Part shown: in pieces, positions 35,714 through 42,190 of the stretch
Layout: each line of letters opens with the position of its first letter
How positions within the stretch are numbered: position 1 is the stretch's first letter
Source of the DNA: a virus
Lineage: Duplodnaviria > Caudoviricetes
Reading direction: 5' to 3' (one strand)
DNA: 42,190 bases
Virus record (IMG/VR): IMGVR_UViG_3300032212_000041
Coordinates: 1-42,190 of that record
The notes under the pieces: model-generated
The model's input: only the letters and a program-made list of their open reading frames with translations
Told to the model about the DNA's origin: nothing
The model's database searches: none
Made by a program: the position numbers and the translations under genes

Positions 35714-36280
35714 TTAAAATTCCGTTAAATCCCGATCGCCCTGAGAAACTTTGGTATTGATCTGCGACAATTCCGAAATGTCACCATCGAGCAATGCTTG
35801 ACGTGCGGTTTTCGTTGTCTCACCGATGGTGATGTCTGGATGTATGTCGATATATGTTTCACGGTTAAATGGCACGACTGGCCCTGTATAGTCTGAATCA
35901 ACGATTGACGATTTAACGCCTTGATCGTCATAAACCCACTTTCGACCTAATTGACTGCCATCCATATTCCACGCCCCGACTAATTCCATGTCAGTTGCCC
36001 CGGATTTACCGGACAACTTACTAAAAAACTCGTCTGGATCGTCGATGTATAGATTTTCAGGAACCCAATCTATTTTTTGTTTTTTAACTTTTCCATCTTT
36101 GTTGATTTTTTTGCAGCGCCTATCAAAGCGAAATGATTTAGTCGCTGATTTTGAAAACCTTGCGCGAACTAGATCAATGTCAATTGCTGGTGTTGCTTGG
36201 CCCTTGTCTTTCTTTGATTTGTAGTCGTGTATTGTGTCATTGACTGACTGATCGATTAAAACTATTACGTTGATTGTCAT
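35714..36280 (-). CDS. hypothetical protein
   Basis: 188 aa; coupled to the spike fibre gene. Confidence 0.8.
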   Translation of the reverse strand: MTINVIVLIDQSVNDTIHDYKSKKDKGQATPAIDIDLVRARFSKSATKSFRFDRRCKKINKDGKVKKQKIDWVPENLYIDDPDEFFSKLSGKSGATDMELVGAWNMDGSQLGRKWVYDDQGVKSSIVDSDYTGPVVPFNRETYIDIHPDITIGETTKTARQALLDGDISELSQINTKVSQGDRDLTEF

Positions 36281-38484
36281 AGTTTTTTCACCGACAATAA
36301 TTTTTCACATCCGTAAAGCTGTGTTCCACCTGAGTACGAACCGCCAACGTGCAATAACAATGACGAGAACGCTAAACTAGGCACTGACAGTTCGGTGTCT
36401 GTTTGCAAAACATCATTTACATACATGGTCATCACGCCGTTGAGAAATCTAAATCGTATAACGGTTGAACTATCCACGGTAACTGGATCATTTGTTTGTA
36501 CGACATGACCAGTTCCGGCCACTTTGATATCCCATCTCGCCCGACCATCACCAGCGCCGATATAACACCTCATATGATCATTGGCGTCGTCACCGATGGC
36601 GAAAACGTGACGAGCGGTAACAGTGTCGTAAGCTTGCGGAAACAGCTCGACTTCCAATTCAAAATTTGAATTACCACCCAACCAAATTACAGCGGGATCA
36701 CTACCATCCCGTGTTTCTGTTGATCCGTCTGTATCGATTGCAAGAATGGGAAAAGGTAAAGTGTGAACATTAACACACGAAAGTCCAACGCTTTGAGATG
36801 TCCCGTTTCGATCAGGCTGCACTAATATGCGCGTATCTTCTGCCGCAACATTCGCAGTGGTTGTCATTTGGTAATGCAGTACCCACAATGATTGATCACC
36901 ATACCAATCGATATAACCGATATTTGAAGCACCTGAACTGCCAACAGTTGTTGGTGGGTTTGTTGAAGGATTAACGTCTACATAACCCTCCCATGCTGAC
37001 AAACTATTGTTGTGAATCCCAACCCTTGCCAGAGTTGAGTCCTCATAAACTAAATCACTTTGTAATGTATATAAAGTGCTATTTGCCAGTGTTATCGTTC
37101 TAAGTTTTCCGTCTGATCCAGTTGCATTTCCGGTCAGTTTATCAACCGTATTGCCGCCACGCCGCCCTTTATAGTTATAGGGCGTTATTGTTGAACCTAC
37201 GCCATTATTTGCCCATGATGAAATATCCGATGATATGGTGTTTTCGTTAGTCGCTTCGGGTGCGCATTGTATGCCTTTGCCGGTCGTTAGTAAAGTCTTG
37301 GTCGCACTCTCAGTGACAACGCCATTTACATCAACCGAGATATGTGATTTATCAGTGTCAAAATATTTAACACCGTCAACACCTGCGCCGTGGGATAGTG
37401 ATTTTAGAGATGCATTATCCCAATTTGTATATCTATCAGCTAGACTGTTGTTTGTAGTAAGGCTTATATAAACTGTCGCGCCTGTACCTAAAAATTTTCC
37501 GTTGACTGCCTGAGATGAACCAAGATTTCCACTATCATATAACTGAGTACCACCGGCACTTGTTCCTACATGCACCCGCCCCCCATCAACGCCATTACGA
37601 ATAAAGTCAACAGAGAACAGATATTCTTCATTTAATATTGAAGTGAAACTAAATGTTCCTTTAGCTGCGCTAGTATCTCCATTAGTAACTTTTAATGTTC
37701 CTGCATCCCATTCAACTGTACTTTGTGCATCAAATCCAGACCAACCATCGATATCACTATCAAACGTTACATTCGGACTTAGCTCATTTCCAAGTCCAAC
37801 TTTAGTGCTAACTTTTTCATGTGGTACATCTGGATTTGTGTCACCTGTCGTATCAAAAATACAAGCACTCTTTATTTTAATTCTGACATCGCTTACATTG
37901 GTGTTTTCACCTTGTATTCTTAGTCTGATCCCATTTGATGAATCACCGGTCGGTGTTCCCCATGAACTAATCTCTTTTCCGCCGACAAGTTCGGACAATG
38001 CATATGTTGACTGCCGGCCAGTACCATTATAATCAGGGCCATTACCTTGGATACGAATAATCACTTCATCAGTTAACGTTCCTGAAACATACTCAACATA
38101 CGATCGTATACACCAGACTCGATTACTCCCATCTACATCGCCGTTTATATATAATATTCTGTCCTGTGTACCCGCTTTAAGCTCAACAGTTTCGAAATCA
38201 ATAGTTTCAGTTGTACCTTCCTCGTACCATTTTGTCGAACCGGCTGTTTGTAGTAAATTATCCGAATCCTCGCAATAGTTCTTAGCCCGACGCATTCCAT
38301 AATGCATTGATTCGTGCAGGTCACCATCAACCTGCCGCCCCAAATAATCAATCGTACTGCCGCCTGATAGCTGGGTGTTTGAGTCTACTGCACCACGGAC
38401 TGCTTTTAGCCCACGGTTAAACGGAAACGCCATAACAACGCTATCACGCTTTTTGTTGCGCTTGCCGACAAAGGGGAGTGCCAT
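36277..38484 (-). CDS. putative head-spike fibre with CBM-like and LamG-like domains
   Basis: GIQCAPEATNEN and IDTDGSTETRD resemble spike-fibre motifs; GNELSPNVTFDSDIDGW is CBM-like; follows the spike base gene. Confidence 0.65.
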   Translation of the reverse strand: MALPFVGKRNKKRDSVVMAFPFNRGLKAVRGAVDSNTQLSGGSTIDYLGRQVDGDLHESMHYGMRRAKNYCEDSDNLLQTAGSTKWYEEGTTETIDFETVELKAGTQDRILYINGDVDGSNRVWCIRSYVEYVSGTLTDEVIIRIQGNGPDYNGTGRQSTYALSELVGGKEISSWGTPTGDSSNGIRLRIQGENTNVSDVRIKIKSACIFDTTGDTNPDVPHEKVSTKVGLGNELSPNVTFDSDIDGWSGFDAQSTVEWDAGTLKVTNGDTSAAKGTFSFTSILNEEYLFSVDFIRNGVDGGRVHVGTSAGGTQLYDSGNLGSSQAVNGKFLGTGATVYISLTTNNSLADRYTNWDNASLKSLSHGAGVDGVKYFDTDKSHISVDVNGVVTESATKTLLTTGKGIQCAPEATNENTISSDISSWANNGVGSTITPYNYKGRRGGNTVDKLTGNATGSDGKLRTITLANSTLYTLQSDLVYEDSTLARVGIHNNSLSAWEGYVDVNPSTNPPTTVGSSGASNIGYIDWYGDQSLWVLHYQMTTTANVAAEDTRILVQPDRNGTSQSVGLSCVNVHTLPFPILAIDTDGSTETRDGSDPAVIWLGGNSNFELEVELFPQAYDTVTARHVFAIGDDANDHMRCYIGAGDGRARWDIKVAGTGHVVQTNDPVTVDSSTVIRFRFLNGVMTMYVNDVLQTDTELSVPSLAFSSLLLHVGGSYSGGTQLYGCEKLLSVKKL

Positions 38485-38487
38485 GGA

Positions 38488-38739
38488 TTAACGCATACCT
38501 ATAATTTTCAAATTACCAGCATCCGTATTTGTAGCCATGACCTTTTTAATCACAACCTCATCAATCAACTCCATCCCGGCAATTGACCACGTTTGCACCT
38601 CGGCGTCCGTATTGCCGGACAAAACAACTGACAAATCACCAGTGCCCTCAACTCGAATAGCGTTATATACCGGATCAATTACCTCATCATCATCCGGCGT
38701 AATCAAATATTGTCGTGTGCTTTGTGTCATAATTTTCAT
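38488..38739 (-). CDS. head-spike base protein (RcGTA Rcc01079-like)
   Basis: 83 aa; ITPDD...AIRVEGTGDLSV...KKVMATNTDA. Confidence 0.72.
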   Translation of the reverse strand: MKIMTQSTRQYLITPDDDEVIDPVYNAIRVEGTGDLSVVLSGNTDAEVQTWSIAGMELIDEVVIKKVMATNTDAGNLKIIGMR

Positions 38740-38747
38740 CCGATAAT

Positions 38748-38779
38748 AAAAAACCCTCCCCGATTTCCCGGAGAGGGTT
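38748..38779 (-). terminator. intrinsic terminator
   Basis: AACCCTCTCCG-GGAAAT-CGGGGAGGGTT followed by TTTT. Confidence 0.8.
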
Positions 38780-38805
38780 ATAATTCAAAAATATTCTCTT
38801 ATCTG

Positions 38806-39168
38806 CTAAATGAAACCGCCCGGATCTAATCCAGAACTCGCGTGGCAACTATGACACGATTCCCGACTAGATAACCGATTCAAAACAATCCGCTCATATT
38901 CTCTACTTGCACCAACCGACTTAAAACTCGCAAACATCACTTTATTGTCAACAGCATTATTTGCAGGTACCGGATCTGGACCGGGCCAATCATTTATCCG
39001 CTGAATATTACCCGCCAAAGCAACATCAGTTGATTTACCGTAATCAACAGTCACAAAGGCGTCATCCAATACATAACCATCATCAACCGACGCAGCAAAA
39101 CTCGCCGCGCTAATACTCCACAACATAAACACCAGCGAAAACACCGCTGTCCATTTCAAATATCTCAT
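38806..39168 (-). CDS. secreted protein with C-terminal CxxCH motif
   Basis: Signal peptide MRYLKWTAVFSLVFMLWSISAASFA; ESCHSCHASSG; RBS GGAG before the ATG at 39168. Confidence 0.75.
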   Translation of the reverse strand: MRYLKWTAVFSLVFMLWSISAASFAASVDDGYVLDDAFVTVDYGKSTDVALAGNIQRINDWPGPDPVPANNAVDNKVMFASFKSVGASREYERIVLNRLSSRESCHSCHASSGLDPGGFI

Positions 39169-39200
39169 ATCGTTCTCCAAATGCTATTTATTCAAGGCAC

Positions 39201-39224
39201 AAAAAAACCGGCGCTTGGCCGGTT
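39201..39224 (-). terminator. tR'-like terminator
   Basis: AACCGGC-CAAGC-GCCGGTT followed by TTTTT. Confidence 0.85.
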
Positions 39225-39265
39225 GCTTTTGAATATTTGAGTCACTTACCCGTAGGATAGTTAGA

Positions 39266-39294
39266 AATGTAGTATTTTCCGGGTACCCGGTCAA
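39266..39294 (-). promoter_or_regulatory. PR'-like late promoter
   Basis: TTGACC, 17 bp, TACATT right after the Q-like gene; palindrome CCGGGTACCCGG (39279-39290). Confidence 0.75.
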
Positions 39295-39304
39295 GTGCTT
39301 TTTT

Positions 39305-39781
39305 TCAAATTTGTTGAAATAAAAGTGCGTCCAGATACCCCTCGCCTGCTAACTTGTTATTTACAAAAACTTTTTCACTCACATTTAAATGTTTTGCACA
39401 CATAGGATTTGACCAAGTTGATTCAGAGTAATACAACACCACCGCAACAAACCATCGAAAGTTATGCGCTTTCAAAATTCGCATAGCGCGCTCAACCCGC
39501 AACGCCTGCTCATCACCCTTCAACACCTGACAAAACCGACCACCGCCATCATACACGTTCAAAAAACTCGCCATCGTCATACCAGACAAATTAAAACCCA
39601 CCGCGCTATTTTGCCACGCCACCCAAGCTTCAATGCACTCGATTAACACCTCGCGCTTAATTTTCGACTCATCACGCAAACCCGCATCCACTTCAACCCA
39701 TGTTGCTAACATTCGACACCTCGCTATTAATCGCTTCCAAATGACACACACACGCCGCAATAGCCTCTGCCGGTCTATCAT
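39305..39781 (-). CDS. Q-like late antiterminator (true start probably near 39691)
   Basis: IEAWVAW...RVERAMRIL...AVVLYY plus HTH; followed by a promoter-terminator pair. Confidence 0.7.
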   Translation of the reverse strand: MIDRQRLLRRVCVIWKRLIARCRMLATWVEVDAGLRDESKIKREVLIECIEAWVAWQNSAVGFNLSGMTMASFLNVYDGGGRFCQVLKGDEQALRVERAMRILKAHNFRWFVAVVLYYSESTWSNPMCAKHLNVSEKVFVNNKLAGEGYLDALLFQQI

Positions 39782-39998
39782 GACAACCTAAATGTTTACT
39801 TTCTTCTGGTACACCCTCACCAAGCGCGTAATGCATTTTAAAAAAGACCTTAACCTTCGGTGCCCACGCGCAAAACTTCACAACATTTCCAGATTTAAAA
39901 ACTCTCAACAAATATCCTTCATCACTCACCGAATGAAACTCATCTTTTCGCGTCCAATTCATCAAAAAATTCGTCCTTGCCAACCTTGCCAACCTCAC
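39693..39998 (-). CDS. hypothetical protein (start probably MNWTRK)
   Basis: ORF between the origin and the Q-like gene; its N-terminal extension lies in the iterons. Confidence 0.65.
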   Translation of the reverse strand: MRLARLARTNFLMNWTRKDEFHSVSDEGYLLRVFKSGNVVKFCAWAPKVKVFFKMHYALGEGVPEESKHLGCHDRPAEAIAACVCHLEAINSEVSNVSNMG

Positions 39999-40199
39999 CT
40001 CTATACGTTGGCTACGAAAAATCTTTTAAAATCAATAGTCTGTCCAACGTACCAACATTGCCAACGGGTTTATGAATACGTGCGTGCGCGTGCGCGCGCG
40101 TGTATGGGGGTTGGCAACGTTGGCACGTTGGCAAGTGCCGCATGAATAAAGGGCTGTAGCCTGCCAACCTAAGCGAGTGAGGTTGGCAACGTTGGCAAG
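39976..40199. repeat. putative replication origin: nested inverted GCCAAC iterons
   Basis: Arms 39976-39998/40177-40199 and 40044-40065/40110-40131; directly after the helicase. Confidence 0.75.
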
Positions 40200-40212
40200 T
40201 TTTTGGAGAAAA

Positions 40213-41670
40213 TTACCCCGGTAATTGAAATTCGTTGCCATTTTCAACACCTCCATCTGCTTTATCCCATCCTTCTGGCTTTTGATATCCACGTTTTTGT
40301 TTACCATTAACCAACTTACGTTTATTAATCCAACCTAACGATTTCATAATTGGACTGATACGATTTTGATCCTGCCGGGTTTGATGAGCATGATCGCGCT
40401 TAATCGCCTCCAGCAAAATTTCATCAGTAGTGACAAAATCAGATATTACCGCATGCAAATAATCTTGAATAGGATAATGCCATGGATCTAATTGCAAGCG
40501 CGAATCCTGTTCTGCTTCATAAATTAATTTTTCTTCATACGTGGGCCACCAAATCGCATCAGCCTTATAACAGGCCAAGGCTTCTGCCCACAATTGATCG
40601 CGCCATTGCCTCACCAAATCCACATTAACGCGATGACAGCGTACAGGCCAGTAACGACGATTGCCGGTATAGTCTCGCAAATACTCATCTTGATTGGTCG
40701 TCCCTAAAAACACCACCTGCCGTTTAAAATCCTCAGCCATGGTGCCATAACTCGGACGGTATCGATCACGTATTTGAGAAAAGAAACTTTTAGCCGTGGT
40801 ACTTTCTGCCTTATTGAAGGAATCCAACTCGGCCATTTCATAACCCCAGATCCCCGTTATATTTTGGTAAGCATCTTTATCACCCAAAGGCAAAGGCGCA
40901 TCGCTGTACCACTCACCAAACAAGGCATGAACGGCAGTCGATTTACCTCTGCCCTGCTCACCTTCAAAAATCAACACGTTATCCATCTTACAACCGGGCC
41001 GCATAACACGCGCCACCGCACCAATTAAAAATTTAGTCCCCGCTGACGCGAGATACGCTTTTCGATTATCGGACTTCGCCGACGCGCCCATGCATTCCAC
41101 CAGCCAACGCTCAAGCCGCAATTCACCATCCCACACTAAACCGCTCAAATACTTTCTTACCGGGTGAAAACTGTTTTCTCTCGCCGTAACAACCAGCGCA
41201 TCAAGTGTCGCCTCTTTACTAGCGACCACACTATAATTTCCCGTTAACCATATTTTTAGCGACGATGTATCGCTATCGGACCATTCACCCAAATCAGAAT
41301 TATTTGTGGGCGGTTTTTTCAATTTAATAATTCGGTATGAAAACTCACAATAACCCAACACACCATGCCATCGCGCATCGTTACTAAAAATCATGTGCAA
41401 ATTAAACGCACAAGGCGTGATATTCCCGCGATCATTGCGCTTCAATCGCTTCAACCACAACTTAGCGGGTTCTCGCGCAGCGTTTTCGTCGTCGTAATTT
41501 TCAACAGGAGGCAAATCATCAATATCTGGCATATCACAATCGGCATCCTCCCCCAAATCAAGCTGGCGCTGCGCTTCATCCTGTGCGGATTTATATAAAT
41601 CGGACAATTGAGCGCGAACGCCATCAATGCCGATCTTTTGTTGCAAATCATTCCAATCCGTTGCCATCAA
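40213..41670 (-). CDS. VapE/VirE-family P-loop helicase
   Basis: FHPVRKYL, PGCKMDNVLIFEGEQGRGKST, GTTNQDEYLRDYTGNRRYWP, QLWAEA. Confidence 0.93.
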   Translation of the reverse strand: MMATDWNDLQQKIGIDGVRAQLSDLYKSAQDEAQRQLDLGEDADCDMPDIDDLPPVENYDDENAAREPAKLWLKRLKRNDRGNITPCAFNLHMIFSNDARWHGVLGYCEFSYRIIKLKKPPTNNSDLGEWSDSDTSSLKIWLTGNYSVVASKEATLDALVVTARENSFHPVRKYLSGLVWDGELRLERWLVECMGASAKSDNRKAYLASAGTKFLIGAVARVMRPGCKMDNVLIFEGEQGRGKSTAVHALFGEWYSDAPLPLGDKDAYQNITGIWGYEMAELDSFNKAESTTAKSFFSQIRDRYRPSYGTMAEDFKRQVVFLGTTNQDEYLRDYTGNRRYWPVRCHRVNVDLVRQWRDQLWAEALACYKADAIWWPTYEEKLIYEAEQDSRLQLDPWHYPIQDYLHAVISDFVTTDEILLEAIKRDHAHQTRQDQNRISPIMKSLGWINKRKLVNGKQKRGYQKPEGWDKADGGVENGNEFQLPG

Positions 41671-42190
41671 ACTTCCTCATCAAAATTAGGAAAAAACGCG
41701 AAGCCATTAACTGCATTGGCCGTTGCCTCAGCTTTAGTCCTGCCGGGATTACCTTCGGTGTCGATATCATCATCACCGCAAATAATTAATTTTTTATCCG
41801 GATATACCCCATTAAAAGCTTCCGCGACAGAGCGCAAATTACCGGCGTCAAACGCAACAAGCACCGGCCAACCCATCGCCTCATGAATGGTTGCCGCAGT
41901 CGCATAACCCTCAGCCAAAGCCACAAATTCACTTTTATTGACATCACCCACCACATGAAAGCAATCCTTTTTCTGACCGCCCTTTAAAAACTTTTTGGAA
42001 CCCTGCGCATTAATAAACTGCAAATTAACGCGCTCACGTTTCGCGTTATACAACGGCACTAAAAGGGTATTTTTTTTATAGAAATGAAAGTGACTTTGTT
42101 CTGTTCGCACTTCATTAAAGAAATGATTTGTTCCTGACCCGCGATATAATTCATGCTCATCATCACCGCGATACAAAATAACCAACGACT
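41667..42190 (-). CDS. primase, C-terminal TOPRIM part (continuation of the gene starting at 632)
   Basis: LAEGYATAATIHEA...VAFDAGNL...ICGDDD...NPG. Confidence 0.92.
   Translation of the reverse strand, partial: SLVILYRGDDEHELYRGSGTNHFFNEVRTEQSHFHFYKKNTLLVPLYNAKRERVNLQFINAQGSKKFLKGGQKKDCFHVVGDVNKSEFVALAEGYATAATIHEAMGWPVLVAFDAGNLRSVAEAFNGVYPDKKLIICGDDDIDTEGNPGRTKAEATANAVNGFAFFPNFDEEV
42064..42190. repeat. second copy of the 127-bp terminal overlap
   Basis: Identical to 1-127. Confidence 0.97.

Larger units (their letters stand above)
1..42190. mobile_element. complete temperate lambda-like siphophage genome (excised, attP form)
   Basis: Integrase, attP, repressor switch, replication, packaging, head, tail and lysis modules present; no host genes. 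Confidence 0.95.

Noticed and set aside
14780-38746. Numerous short + strand and alternate-frame ORFs within the late genes
   Set aside because: Shadow ORFs overlapping well-supported - strand structural genes
40032-40307. ORFs over the iteron region (also 39792-40145)
   Set aside because: Low-complexity translations (ANVAN, RARTR) produced by the DNA repeats
41667-42185. Truncated primase or pseudogene
   Set aside because: The reading frame continues across the circular junction to the ATG at 632
42064-42190. Biological direct terminal repeat
   Set aside because: 127 bp is a common assembler k-mer overlap, the repeat falls inside the primase gene, and the terminase is of the cos type

Overview
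The window is a complete, circularly assembled temperate siphophage genome of 42,063 bp. Bases 1-127 repeat exactly at 42064-42190, and the primase gene reads in frame across that junction. The host is probably a gammaproteobacterium (attP in tRNA-Pro(GGG), IHF consensus site). Organisation is lambdoid. A divergent cro/cI-like switch sits at about 2.3 kb. A + strand early arm (antirepressor, J-domain protein, YfdP/YfdQ, acetyltransferase, MazG-like protein, xis, int) ends at attP. The - strand arm carries a PriCT-2/TOPRIM primase, a VapE-type helicase, an iteron origin, a Q-like antiterminator with a PR'-like promoter, lambda-type terminase and portal, a ClpP-capsid fusion, tail genes and lysis genes. 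Four things stand out. (i) An approximately 9 kb block between the late promoter and the terminase encodes an RcGTA-like head-spike base and fibre, a signal-peptide-bearing beta-helix/malectin protein, a LamG protein and a tandem-repeat fibre, preceded by a secreted CxxCH protein. (ii) attC-like sites punctuate the early accessory genes. (iii) A candidate structured RNA lies among those genes. (iv) A two-gene moron with a palindromic operator sits beside attP. All family assignments come from motif recognition by eye; no searches were run.
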